The translations under genes and the position numbers were made by a program. Of a DNA stretch of 64,000 nt, positions 9,062-18,533 are shown in pieces. A model generated the notes under the pieces. It was not told where the DNA came from. It made no database searches and saw only the letters and a program-made list of their open reading frames with translations. Source of the stretch: a virus; the IMG/VR virus record IMGVR_UViG_3300014656_000015, one strand, 5' to 3'. The stretch's first letter is position 1. Every line of letters starts with the position of its first letter.

Positions 9062-9589
9062 ATGACCTTCCTCGAGTACTTCAGCGAGTCGGTACGGCAC
9101 ATCTACCTGGTGGAGCGTTCCGAGTCCAGGTTGATGCGGCTGTGTAACCTCGGTCTCCGCATCACGAACCGGCTCGGGTGGTCCAGCATCAAGAACTTCA
9201 TGACGGCGTACTGCACCACCATCGCCCGTACCATCTATGCCCACCCACGCTGGCCCCGGGACATGCAGCCGCGTCCCCTGATGGTTCACGAGCTGACCCA
9301 CGTGTTGCAGTGGAGCCTGCTCTACGCCCTGCGCTATCTCCTCAGCAAGAGGTGGCGGCTGCGCTATGAGAGCGAGGCGATCCAGACCGAGATGCTCTGC
9401 TTCGATTATTGTCGCACCACGGACTACATCAGGGCTCGGGCCGAGGACCTCGTCGACTACGGGCTTGGTAAGGAAGAGGCATCTAGTCATCTGGTCCTGC
9501 TCCTGCTCCACGCACAGAAGCGTGATGAGCTGGAGCCCAACGCCAGGAAAGTATGGGAGGCATATCGTGCCTGGAATCGCACGGGGTAA
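9062..9589 (+). CDS. Zincin-like HExxH metallopeptidase
   Basis: VHELTHVLQ followed by YESEA (candidate third ligand). Confidence 0.7.
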   Translation: MTFLEYFSESVRHIYLVERSESRLMRLCNLGLRITNRLGWSSIKNFMTAYCTTIARTIYAHPRWPRDMQPRPLMVHELTHVLQWSLLYALRYLLSKRWRLRYESEAIQTEMLCFDYCRTTDYIRARAEDLVDYGLGKEEASSHLVLLLLHAQKRDELEPNARKVWEAYRAWNRTG

Positions 9590-9983
9590 GACCAGGGTCC
9601 GGATCGTCCTGCAGAAGGAGACCAGGACTTTCCTGGATCGTGAGCTGCAGCGGATCTGGTACAAGCACGGATTGCGCATCGGGCTGAGCGAGCTGATGGA
9701 GCTGCTCGTGGAGCAGCACCGGTGCAACGTGGACCGGGCCCTCACCCAGGAAGATGAGGCCATCATCCTCCTGTTCAAGGAGCGGGAGCATGTCCGGAAA
9801 CGTTCTCTTCTGGGGCGATCCGCCACCGGAGAACGCCAGCTTCCAGGAGCTGGTCGAGTACCTCAGGCCGAAGTCCCGGGACGAAGTGCTCCGGTGGAAA
9901 CCGCGGCCCAGGACTTCCCAGCCGACGACCTCGAACAAGAGCTCGGATCCCCTGCTGGACTCCCTTGGGCTGACGCGGGATGA
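9567..9983 (+). CDS. Putative ribbon-helix-helix-like DNA-binding protein
   Basis: GTG start with GGGAGG RBS; RVRIVL strand then two helices (FLDRELQRI...LSELMELLVE). Confidence 0.45.
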   Translation: MPGIARGKTRVRIVLQKETRTFLDRELQRIWYKHGLRIGLSELMELLVEQHRCNVDRALTQEDEAIILLFKEREHVRKRSLLGRSATGERQLPGAGRVPQAEVPGRSAPVETAAQDFPADDLEQELGSPAGLPWADAG

Positions 9984-10260
9984 CTTCCTTCGCCTTGCCG
10001 AGGATGAGCCCGATCTGTGGGAAGCGAACGAGCTCGGGCTGATTCAGGACCGTGCCGTGCCGCCTCGGCTCCTCCCCGACCTCGTACAGCGCTGGGTCGA
10101 AGGCAGAGCATTGAAGAGGAGGACCCGAACCACGCCGAGCCCTGCGGCCCCAAGCACGGGGGTCACCATCCCAGCATGGTTTGGGACACCCACAGTCCAA
10201 CCCGAGCCGCCACGTACCGGACCGGATCCCGACGATAACTGGTGGGAGAAACGAAGCTAG
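9790..10260 (+). CDS. Hypothetical protein
   Basis: ATG at 9790 with GGGAG RBS; protein-like composition; overlaps the previous ORF. Confidence 0.55.
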   Translation: MSGNVLFWGDPPPENASFQELVEYLRPKSRDEVLRWKPRPRTSQPTTSNKSSDPLLDSLGLTRDDFLRLAEDEPDLWEANELGLIQDRAVPPRLLPDLVQRWVEGRALKRRTRTTPSPAAPSTGVTIPAWFGTPTVQPEPPRTGPDPDDNWWEKRS

Positions 10261-11576
10261 TAGGTGGAGGGACCCACCCCGATGCCCTGACCGTAGACGT
10301 GGGGCTGGGTGCCCTGATCCAGCAGCTTGGATGCCCCGTACATGCCCAGACCCAACCCGAGCGGAACCGTAGCTATTGCCCCACCCAGGCCCATACGGAG
10401 CCAGGGAACGCCCTTCGAGGTGGCTTGCGTAGCGGCAGTACCCGCTGTGGGATCGATGATTGGACCCGTGAAGGAAGCAGGAGCCGTACCCTTCCCCAGA
10501 GCTTCCCGTAGAACGGGTAGGGGAGCCTCTGCACCAGCAGCGGGACCGGGGAGCGGAAGATTGCCCATATCCCGGTGTGCCTGATTGAGATTGAAGCTGC
10601 CGGGTTGCCGCAGCGCCTGTTCACCACCTGCAACACGGAAGGCTGCGGGGGGTGCCGTGGGCGGGTTGGTCCCCGACATCGCTTGCATCAGACCTCGATT
10701 CGTCCCCGCCTCAATTGGTGCGGCGGAGCCACCCCTGCTCATCAACTGTGAGAGGGAAGGAGGCTCACCTACTGCAGGTGTTGGAGGCGCAAGGCCCTCT
10801 GCCAGGGGTCGTGGCGGGGGCTCCTTACCTATGAGACGAGAGAGTAGCCCCTGCTCGGGGGTAGCGGTCACCGGTGCTTCCGCTTCGAGACGAGAAATGA
10901 GACTCTCCGGCCCCGGACCGGGCGCGCCACGCGCTCGAGCCGCCAGCAGATCCCGCGGTTTTCCGCTCTTCCCGGAACGTATGATCCAGTCCGCATCTTC
11001 AACGCCGATACCCTCGAGCTCGGCCAGGCGTTGTGCCCCGGGTGCGAGTCCACGTGGAGCGGGGGCTGCAACCGGAGGAGACGGTGCTCGAGCCACACTC
11101 CCGGCTACGGGTACCGGAGCTCCTGATACGGGACGGGGGCCGGGCCCTGGGGGTGCCACCGGCACTTTGGGTGCGGCCAGGACTCCCCCACCCGGAGGCA
11201 TCGCCGCGGGCCGAGGCGCAACAACGGAAGCCGGAGCTTTCGGTGCAATCAGCGAGGCCGGTGCCCTGTAGGCACGCGGCATTCCTAGCTCCTTGACGGC
11301 CTGGCTGGCCAATCCTTGCGCTCTGACGTTCCTGGCACTGGCCACAGCGGCGTCCATGATACCAGTCATGCCACGGGGACGAGTGAGGGCCTTGACGACG
11401 CCACCTGCCGCCGCCGCACCCCTCGCTACAGTGGAGGGCCCGAGCCCTATCTTCACCATCTCGAGTCGAGCCAGGCTCTGCCCCATCAGCACGGAGTCAG
11501 CGGTGCGCTGGCTCAGCGCGGCGAGCTTGACGAAGTGCTCCTGGGAGAGCTGACTGAAGAGCTCGGCGTCAGTCAT
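10257..11576 (-). CDS. Pro/Ala-rich putative internal virion protein with a C-terminal hydrophobic helix
   Basis: Coupled to the tail tube gene; K-x-A motif near the N-terminus (HFVKLAA); C-terminal LGGAIATVPLGLGLGMYGA. Confidence 0.6.
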   Translation of the reverse strand: MTDAELFSQLSQEHFVKLAALSQRTADSVLMGQSLARLEMVKIGLGPSTVARGAAAAGGVVKALTRPRGMTGIMDAAVASARNVRAQGLASQAVKELGMPRAYRAPASLIAPKAPASVVAPRPAAMPPGGGVLAAPKVPVAPPGPGPRPVSGAPVPVAGSVARAPSPPVAAPAPRGLAPGAQRLAELEGIGVEDADWIIRSGKSGKPRDLLAARARGAPGPGPESLISRLEAEAPVTATPEQGLLSRLIGKEPPPRPLAEGLAPPTPAVGEPPSLSQLMSRGGSAAPIEAGTNRGLMQAMSGTNPPTAPPAAFRVAGGEQALRQPGSFNLNQAHRDMGNLPLPGPAAGAEAPLPVLREALGKGTAPASFTGPIIDPTAGTAATQATSKGVPWLRMGLGGAIATVPLGLGLGMYGASKLLDQGTQPHVYGQGIGVGPSTY

Positions 11577-12301
11577 CACGCGGCCTCGGAGATCTCCTCG
11601 GCGGCGGACTCGAGCCCGGTGAGCAGGCTGACCGCACGCACATTGACCGGCTTCATCCGTTCGTACTGCAGACCAACGCTCTCCTGAACCACCATGCCCT
11701 GGGAGTCCACAGCCCACTGGTGCGCCGGGACCGTGACCTGCTCGAAGTAGACCGCACCCATCGTGTCAACGTTCGAGTTGCGCACGTACATCAGGATGCC
11801 GATGGGCTGGTTGAAGAGGTCCGATGCCAGGTTCAGGAACAGGTTCTCGTAGCCTGGCGGGACCAGGACGTCGTGCGGGTTCGGGTTGACGACCGTGGTC
11901 GGGTAGACCTGCGGGATCTGGATCCGACCCGTGAGGTCCTGATAGTAGGCGTAGAGCACGCGGAGCAGGCTCATCCCGTCGTAGTAGACCCGGGTCAGCG
12001 AGAGCTGCCCCGTGGACCGCCCCGCGATCTGGTAGCTCCGCTCACTGCCCAGCTCCCAGATCCGGACGAACTGCTTGTTCTGCTGCAGCGCGACGTTCTG
12101 GATGATACCGAGCGGATACACGATGTCCGAGGTGCCCCGGGTCGAAACGTCACTGATGTCGTTGGCCAGCGCCATCGAGGCGAGGCGTGGGGGTCCAGCA
12201 GCCAGCATGGTGTAGCCGCCAGCGATGTAGCGGCCATCCACGAGGCCCCGCTGAACGTAGTGATTCATGGGGTCCCAGCTATCGAAAGGTCCACCTGCCA
12301 T
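11576..12301 (-). CDS. Tail tube protein (putative)
   Basis: Lies downstream of the sheath gene; beta-rich LGIIQNVALQQNKQFVRIWELGS...GQLSLTRV and QESVGLQYER pattern. Confidence 0.7.
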   Translation of the reverse strand: MAGGPFDSWDPMNHYVQRGLVDGRYIAGGYTMLAAGPPRLASMALANDISDVSTRGTSDIVYPLGIIQNVALQQNKQFVRIWELGSERSYQIAGRSTGQLSLTRVYYDGMSLLRVLYAYYQDLTGRIQIPQVYPTTVVNPNPHDVLVPPGYENLFLNLASDLFNQPIGILMYVRNSNVDTMGAVYFEQVTVPAHQWAVDSQGMVVQESVGLQYERMKPVNVRAVSLLTGLESAAEEISEAA

Positions 12302-12321
12302 TGTTCGGCCTCCGTTACCCT

Positions 12322-12330
12322 ACTGTAGCA
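12322..12330 (-). promoter_or_regulatory. Extended -10 promoter TGCTACAGT upstream of the tail tube gene
   Basis: TGnTAnnnT in a short intergenic gap, followed by a GGAGG RBS. Confidence 0.55.
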
Positions 12331-12334
12331 CTAC

Positions 12335-13126
12335 TCAAGCCCTCTTGAAATGGAGATCTCCGGTCTCCTTGCTGGTGAGGGGGGCGAGTAGGATGCCGCC
12401 CTTCCTGGCAAGACGCTGACTATCGGCGCGGTCCATGATCATGGAGAAGGCTCGGCTCGTCAACTCCCGACCCAGCTGGGTCCGGGATGGCGGAACGTAG
12501 GCGGACCCGCCCGGCATTACCTGGGTGCTGGTGTAGAGATCGGTGCCTTTCGGTGCGATCTCCCGCACAATTTCCTTGGCCTCGTCCTCCGTTACCCGCT
12601 CCGTCTTCATGCTCCGAGCCAGATGGGAGAGGGCGGTGGATCCGGCCCAGGTCCCGATGGTGCGGGTACCGAGCTGGGCCACGGGGTGCAGCCGGGTCCT
12701 GGCCAGCACCGCTGCCAGCAGATCCATGGTGGGCGGGATCGCGTAGGTGCCCGCCATGGCCACGAGCTGGGCCCGTGCCTTAGTATCCACTGGACCCCGT
12801 GCCTTCAGTGCCCGGTACGCTTTGAGCGAGACCGTGGCCTCGTCCAGAACCCCGGGGATGGCGGCCAGTGCCCCGATGAGAGGCATGGTGGGACCCGGAG
12901 GGGCGCCGCCGCCCAGTGTGGATACGAGCTGGCCCGCGACGGTTCCGGTACGGGCCGAGCCCGAGACGACTCGACCCACGTAGTGGAGCTTCGGTAATAG
13001 CTTCCCGCTCTCCGCGGCATGCGCCGCTTCGTGTGCTACCAGGGCGGGGGAGTACAGGGATTGTTCCGTCTCCACAGCGATCTTGCGGAGCTCGTCGGCA
13101 AAGCCTGCTGCGCCTACCCACTCCAT
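12335..13126 (-). CDS. Putative membrane-associated zinc metallopeptidase with an N-terminal DELRKIA tag
   Basis: AAGFADELRKIA, then VAHEAAHA, hydrophobic segments and LDEATVSLKAYRAL. Confidence 0.6.
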   Translation of the reverse strand: MEWVGAAGFADELRKIAVETEQSLYSPALVAHEAAHAAESGKLLPKLHYVGRVVSGSARTGTVAGQLVSTLGGGAPPGPTMPLIGALAAIPGVLDEATVSLKAYRALKARGPVDTKARAQLVAMAGTYAIPPTMDLLAAVLARTRLHPVAQLGTRTIGTWAGSTALSHLARSMKTERVTEDEAKEIVREIAPKGTDLYTSTQVMPGGSAYVPPSRTQLGRELTSRAFSMIMDRADSQRLARKGGILLAPLTSKETGDLHFKRA

Positions 13127-13141
13127 CGGCTCCGTTCCGGA

Positions 13142-16100
13142 TCAGATGACCAGCTCGAGGTCGATGCCGTTGAGTGGGCTCTTGACGCCAAGGTAGCAGG
13201 TGCCCCGGGCCCTGGTGGGATCCGTGGCGCTCTGCTCCAGGCTGTTGATCCGAGCCGTGTTCACCGCCTTCTTCTCGTCGGTCAGCCAGAGGCTCAGGCC
13301 CTCCGAGATCATGCTGAGCCCATCCAGGAACGCCTGCGTGATGTTGTTCCGACCAATGTACCGGCGGAGCCCGGCCCGGTAGAACTTGGCGCAGAAGTCG
13401 ACCACCTTCACCACACTCTGCTCCCGGGTCTTCCAGGAGGTGGAGTCAGTTGTGACCTGATGCCTCGAGTAGACCGGACCCGTGTCCTCGCCGGCCTGGA
13501 TAATGATGTCGGCGCCACCCGCCGCCATCTGGTTCATCTGCCTGCGGGTGTACCGATCCGAGGTTCCGGTTACCCGGGTGAAGCCCGCCATGGTCCGCTT
13601 GGTCAGCGGGGTGTCCGGGTCGAGCCCGGCCACCTGGCCCACCTTGGCCGCACAGGCGTAGAACCCGTCCACGGCTTGCTCCACGCCATCCACCGTGGCA
13701 TAGAGCTGGTTCAGGTAGAGCATCCACATGCGCCGATCGAAGAAGCTGGTGCCGCGGTTATATACCGTGGTCACCTCGTCGTCCTTGTCCGAGATCGTGG
13801 CACCGCGCACCTTCACGCTGAAGCTCTCCGAGACCAGGGCAGCGGGGAAGGTGCCGGTGGCGTAGAAGCTGTCGTCGTTCTCGCCGGCTGCGAACACGAT
13901 GTTGGTCTGCACGATGGTACCGCCGAGGATGGCCCCCGTGATGTTCCAACGATACGCATCGTAGGCCACGTCCAGGAAGACGCCGTCGGACACGGCAATC
14001 GCGGTCGGATCGATGCCGAGCGCCTGCAGCGCAGCGGTCAGCGTCGGGATCTTGGTGTCGAACGTGGTCGTGGTCGGCACCGTGTCACCATCGTTGCCGC
14101 TGACCACGATCTCGTCCACCTTGCGCGTGGGCACCGCGAGGTGGAAGGCGCAGATCCGCTCCCCGCCCATGTCCGGGTCGCTCATCGCATCGACATGGGT
14201 CTGCATGATGGTGGCCACGTCGAGGTCGGAGCACATCGGTGCGATGCCGTAGACCTCCTTGGACTCGAGGAAGTCGAGGGCCGAGGCGAAGCCGGTTATG
14301 GTGCCGTCCGGCTTGTCCGCGGAAACCTCGTGCACCCCGAGCCCATAGATACGGGTATCCGGTGCGTTCAGCATGGCGATGTAGAGCCCGTAGGCCAGCG
14401 GGTTCTCCGGGGAGACCGGGGGCAACGCCGCCTCCAGCGCGTCGTAGCTGTCGAAGCCGTAGGTGGTTGGGTTCGTGGCCTGCGACGTCACGTCGGTCCG
14501 CAGTGCGTTGAACATGAGGTAGAGGTTGACCGCGACGGTGACGATGGGCTGGCCCAGGCTGTCCCGGAGGATGTCGTGCTTGATCCAGACATCGCCATTC
14601 GTGTCCACCATCAGATCCGGGGTCGGTACGGTCACACCCCACTGCGTGCTGCTCACCGCGTCCAGGTTCTTGGCAATGATGTACCACGTGGTGTAGGTGG
14701 CCGTGGTTGCCACCTCCCGATCCAGCTTCACGTACCCCGACACGGCCCCAGGGTGCGTCTCGATGACGTAGCCGAGCAGTGCATTGTCCGCATAGAGCGC
14801 ATCGCCTTGCCGCACGTTGAACGCGGTGCCGTAGTACGCACCTGCCGTCATGCCGAGCCCGTTCGGGGACGCGACGAGACCGGTCGATTCGGTGTGGAGC
14901 TCGATCTTGCTCTCGTAGCCACTCGTGGTCGACGTCAGCTTGACCAGGTTGGCGCCCGTGATCGAGGCGATGCTCGCCCCCAGCACGTTGTTGATCTGGG
15001 TCTCGATGGCAACGCGGGGACCCGCCCCACCGGTGGCCAGGAGCTGGGTATACGCGGTCACATGTGCATTCAGGAACGCTTCGTTCAGTGAGTCCAGGGT
15101 GACCCGGATCGCGTTGTTCGGGTTGGCCGCGGCAGCCGCGGTCGGATCCGCACCGTAGACGAGTCCGATGTAGTTGCCGGCCGGGGCCACGTTGCCGCTG
15201 GCGTCGGAGCGGAACGCGATGTTGACGCTCCACCATGCCTGGGACGCCACGTTGAGCTGAGAGATGATGGCCGCGATGTCAGCGGCTCCCGCAACGGCAC
15301 AGATCTGCGAGCTGCCGTTGACACTGATCGTGATGTTGGAGGTGTGCGGGAAGGTCCAGGCTGGGCCAGTGGAGTCCGTCGAGATGACCGGGTCGCCGCA
15401 GAGCGTGACGGTCTGCTTCCCGCTTCCGTCCACCTGAAGCACCAGGGTCTTGCCGTGCAGCGCCTTGCCCGTGCTGACATCGGTGGTACCCGTATGCGTC
15501 GCCGCACCCGGTGTAGCCAACAGGTTCTCGTTGAGGTCGAGGAGCGGGGTGAGCAGGTCCCCATCACCGTCGTTGACGACCGTGATCGTGGAGCCGCGCC
15601 GCAGGAAGCTCTGGGTTCGCAGCGCCTCCAGGTTGTAGGAGGTCAGGTTCATGAAGGCCCGGATCGAGCTCTCGATGATGTCGCGCTGCGTCCCGAGGCT
15701 CTTCGGATCCGGGAAGCTGCTCTGCTTGAGCAGGATCTTGTCCTGGATATAGGAGCCCACCCCGTAGTAGGTGTAGCCCTTGCCGTACCCAAGCTGATCC
15801 GGGGCATCGAGCAGGGTCCCACCCACGATCTGGATCGTCTTGTCCGCACCGGTCCCCGTGGTTCGCAGCTGCAGGTAGATCTTGGCCGTGGCCGGATTGG
15901 TCCAGGTGTACGCGTAGAACCCGGAGGGGGCCACGGTAGCCGTGTTGATGGCAGCCGCCACCTGGGCCGCGGTGAGTGCCGCCGTGTTCGGCATGGTGAA
16001 GCTCTGCAGCGGACCCCCGTTGACCCGGAGCGTGAGCGTCTTCAGCGCCATCGCCGTGTACAGGGACTGGTCCTTGGGAGCCGTCGCCACGGCGGGGCCA

Positions 16101-16273
16101 TCCACCAGGATGTCGGAGTTGAGCTGCCCCGAAGCTGTGTTCAGCTCGTAGATCTCGTAGCATGCCCCCACAATCATGGCGGCAAGGGATGGGACGACAA
16201 TGGTCGGCACATCCGTGGTATAGGTCTGCGTTACCCTGACATCGGGCTCGGCAAGCTCAGGAATACTCGCCAT
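13142..16273 (-). CDS. Contractile tail sheath protein
   Basis: 1043 aa; N-terminal PDVRVTQ; C-terminal SRHQVTTD...REQSVVKVVDF...YIGRNNIT...PLNGIDLELVI typical of sheath proteins. Confidence 0.85.
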   Translation of the reverse strand: MASIPELAEPDVRVTQTYTTDVPTIVVPSLAAMIVGACYEIYELNTASGQLNSDILVDGPAVATAPKDQSLYTAMALKTLTLRVNGGPLQSFTMPNTAALTAAQVAAAINTATVAPSGFYAYTWTNPATAKIYLQLRTTGTGADKTIQIVGGTLLDAPDQLGYGKGYTYYGVGSYIQDKILLKQSSFPDPKSLGTQRDIIESSIRAFMNLTSYNLEALRTQSFLRRGSTITVVNDGDGDLLTPLLDLNENLLATPGAATHTGTTDVSTGKALHGKTLVLQVDGSGKQTVTLCGDPVISTDSTGPAWTFPHTSNITISVNGSSQICAVAGAADIAAIISQLNVASQAWWSVNIAFRSDASGNVAPAGNYIGLVYGADPTAAAAANPNNAIRVTLDSLNEAFLNAHVTAYTQLLATGGAGPRVAIETQINNVLGASIASITGANLVKLTSTTSGYESKIELHTESTGLVASPNGLGMTAGAYYGTAFNVRQGDALYADNALLGYVIETHPGAVSGYVKLDREVATTATYTTWYIIAKNLDAVSSTQWGVTVPTPDLMVDTNGDVWIKHDILRDSLGQPIVTVAVNLYLMFNALRTDVTSQATNPTTYGFDSYDALEAALPPVSPENPLAYGLYIAMLNAPDTRIYGLGVHEVSADKPDGTITGFASALDFLESKEVYGIAPMCSDLDVATIMQTHVDAMSDPDMGGERICAFHLAVPTRKVDEIVVSGNDGDTVPTTTTFDTKIPTLTAALQALGIDPTAIAVSDGVFLDVAYDAYRWNITGAILGGTIVQTNIVFAAGENDDSFYATGTFPAALVSESFSVKVRGATISDKDDEVTTVYNRGTSFFDRRMWMLYLNQLYATVDGVEQAVDGFYACAAKVGQVAGLDPDTPLTKRTMAGFTRVTGTSDRYTRRQMNQMAAGGADIIIQAGEDTGPVYSRHQVTTDSTSWKTREQSVVKVVDFCAKFYRAGLRRYIGRNNITQAFLDGLSMISEGLSLWLTDEKKAVNTARINSLEQSATDPTRARGTCYLGVKSPLNGIDLELVI

Positions 16274-16289
16274 GTTGCACCTCTCCTGG

Positions 16290-17132
16290 CTATGGGCTTT
16301 CCAGCTGATCCGCTCCGATTACCAAGGTGACCGTGAACGGATCCGTGTCCATTGGCTCGACTTCCCAGTCCGCGCCCGGTTCCGTGTTGGGGCGCTTCCT
16401 ACCTTGAGGAAATTCTACAGCACCGCCCCCGGCTTGCACATAGCCCGTACCACGACCCCCCATATTTATCATGGGAGTGTGGCGCTGCGACGGGTCCGGG
16501 GCAGCGGTGAGCGCGAGCTCGATGCTACGGAGCACGTGCGTCATCTTTTCCGTAACGGTGACCCCGTAGTGAAAGGCCATCGGGGTGGCAATGTTGGTGT
16601 TGATCACCTCGGGCCAGGTCGCACCCTGCACGAGCTGACCCGGGTCCGAGGGTGGGTTCACCTGGATGCGCTGCCCCACATCGTGAAACCCACACTTCAT
16701 CAGGATCCTGCGGAGCGCCCAGAGATGGACCGCGCAGAACCAGGCCAGCATCATCGACTCGTATCGCTCCTTGGCCAGGCAGTTGACGAAGAGGTAGCCC
16801 GTACACAGGTCCACGTGGGTCCGCGCCCCCGTGCTCATTTGCTCGTACAGGAGCTGGTCCATGCCGAGCCCCTGGAAGCCGACCGCGGACACGTTGACGA
16901 CGATGACCGGCATCTTTTCCAGGACCTCCTGGTTGACCGGGAAGTTGGAGGTGATGCGGAGCTCGGACGAGGACTCCTCCCGGTTGAAACGGAACGAGCC
17001 TGGAGGCGCGGATTCGAACAGCTTCTGGAAGAACAGGATGGCGAGGCGCTCCGCGTGCAGGATGGGGTTGACGGCCCAGCTGCTGATCGGACCCGATGGT
17101 CGGTCCGGAGCCTCACCGATCTTCCCGGTCAC
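16290..17132 (-). CDS. Putative tail terminator/tail completion protein
   Basis: Position between the neck and sheath genes; alpha/beta composition (MPVIVV..., VNCLAK). Confidence 0.5.
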   Translation of the reverse strand: MTGKIGEAPDRPSGPISSWAVNPILHAERLAILFFQKLFESAPPGSFRFNREESSSELRITSNFPVNQEVLEKMPVIVVNVSAVGFQGLGMDQLLYEQMSTGARTHVDLCTGYLFVNCLAKERYESMMLAWFCAVHLWALRRILMKCGFHDVGQRIQVNPPSDPGQLVQGATWPEVINTNIATPMAFHYGVTVTEKMTHVLRSIELALTAAPDPSQRHTPMINMGGRGTGYVQAGGGAVEFPQGRKRPNTEPGADWEVEPMDTDPFTVTLVIGADQLESP

Positions 17133-17646
17133 GTCGCTCCTGTCCTTCCCGGTATGCCTCCTCCATGAGCTTCTTCTTTTGCTTCTGCATCTCGTGATAC
17201 AGGAAGCCGGTCGCGGCCCCGCCGACTACGGGGAGACCTACGGCCAGTGCCTTGCCTAACCTGGAGGCTTGTGGCCGGGCATAGGGCTTTGCCAGCAGCT
17301 TGAGCGCACGATGCGCACCGTAGCCCAGTCCGGATCCGAGACCGATGACACCGGCGGTCAGCAGGGCCTGTCGCAGCGTGTCCCGGTTCATGGGTAGCGG
17401 ATCCGGCAGCTCGGTCGCCAGCTTCCGGAGCTCGTCGGCGAAGCCGGCCGCCACGGGTCGTGCGAGCGCGCCGGTCTTCCGACGCTCCTCTTCCTCCCCC
17501 CTCTGCCTCAGCACCGCCGGGGCCTGCTGCAACGCCTCGGTCCCCAGCTCCTTCATTGGCTGCCGGGGAAGGTGCGGTAGCCGTAGATGAGGAAGGCCCC
17601 TGTATGAAGAGGGCCCGGGCAATGCCAGCTCTTCCAGGAGACGCAT
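17113..17646 (-). CDS. Putative internal virion protein (DELRKLA tag, two hydrophobic helices)
   Basis: AAGFADELRKLA; AGVIGLGSGLGYGA and ALAVGLPVVGGAATGFLY. Confidence 0.6.
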   Translation of the reverse strand: MRLLEELALPGPSSYRGLPHLRLPHLPRQPMKELGTEALQQAPAVLRQRGEEEERRKTGALARPVAAGFADELRKLATELPDPLPMNRDTLRQALLTAGVIGLGSGLGYGAHRALKLLAKPYARPQASRLGKALAVGLPVVGGAATGFLYHEMQKQKKKLMEEAYREGQERRDREDR

Positions 17647-17651
17647 CGTGC

Positions 17652-18533
17652 TCACTGATTCCCCCAACCCCGGAGCATGTGGTCGCACAGCACCGGGTCA
17701 TCGGTGGCCTCCAGGCTGTGCGGGTTCGTGTAGGTCCGGGGTGGATTGGCCTCGAAGTTACGGATGTCGTCCAGGTTCACGGGCAGCCTGTACACGATGT
17801 CGGACTCCGGCAATTCGTGAATCACGAACTCCTGATGCAGTGTGGCCCGGAGCCGTTCCGTGCTGGACAGGCTCGTCACCTCCCAGCGCCGATTCTCGGC
17901 CTCGATCAACACATCGTGTGGCTTGATCGGGGGAAAGAATGGCATGCGTCCCGTCGTGTTTCGCTCCTGCGTCTCCCCGGTTGACGTCATCCGAGTATGC
18001 TTCGGGCTCGGGTCGATCTGGAGCCGGCTCAGGATCGGGGAATGGTACCCACGCGTGAACCCCTTCCCGTAACAGGTCAAGCAGTTCGATCGTAGCTTGC
18101 TGCCGGTGACCGGGTCGTAGCAGTTGGGGCAGCGCTGACCAAAGGTCCGGACCGGGTAGACCAGGACGGCTCGGCCAATGTATTCCTGGAACAGCAACGC
18201 CTCCAGCCGCCGAACCTCGATGGCCTCCAGGTTGGGCCGGGGCTCGCGGGCCGCGATGTCGGAGTACGTCGTCTGGCTCGAGACGATGTGCCGGATCCGT
18301 ATCCGGTAGAACAGGGTCCGCCACCGGTGAAAGGGGAGGGAGCGAATGTCCCGGTACTGGTACTTGTCCGAGAACTCCTGGCTGAGCTGGTCCCAGGGCC
18401 CGCCCGGGGACTCGCTACGTTCCACCACGAAGCCATAATCCAGCGGGTCCTCGACCGTGCTCTCGATCTCCCAGAAGAGATCGAGGCAGTCCACGAGGAA
18501 GGATTTGACCCGGAGCTTTCGGACTACAAGCAT
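17652..18533 (-). CDS. Putative neck/head-closure protein with a Zn ribbon
   Basis: GQRCPNCYD...CLTCYGKGF; located between the head and tail genes. Confidence 0.6.
   Translation of the reverse strand: MLVVRKLRVKSFLVDCLDLFWEIESTVEDPLDYGFVVERSESPGGPWDQLSQEFSDKYQYRDIRSLPFHRWRTLFYRIRIRHIVSSQTTYSDIAAREPRPNLEAIEVRRLEALLFQEYIGRAVLVYPVRTFGQRCPNCYDPVTGSKLRSNCLTCYGKGFTRGYHSPILSRLQIDPSPKHTRMTSTGETQERNTTGRMPFFPPIKPHDVLIEAENRRWEVTSLSSTERLRATLHQEFVIHELPESDIVYRLPVNLDDIRNFEANPPRTYTNPHSLEATDDPVLCDHMLRGWGNQ

Noticed and set aside
11576-16273. T6SS/eCIS/tailocin locus
   Set aside because: Portal, terminase, protease and major capsid genes are present, so this is a phage virion module.
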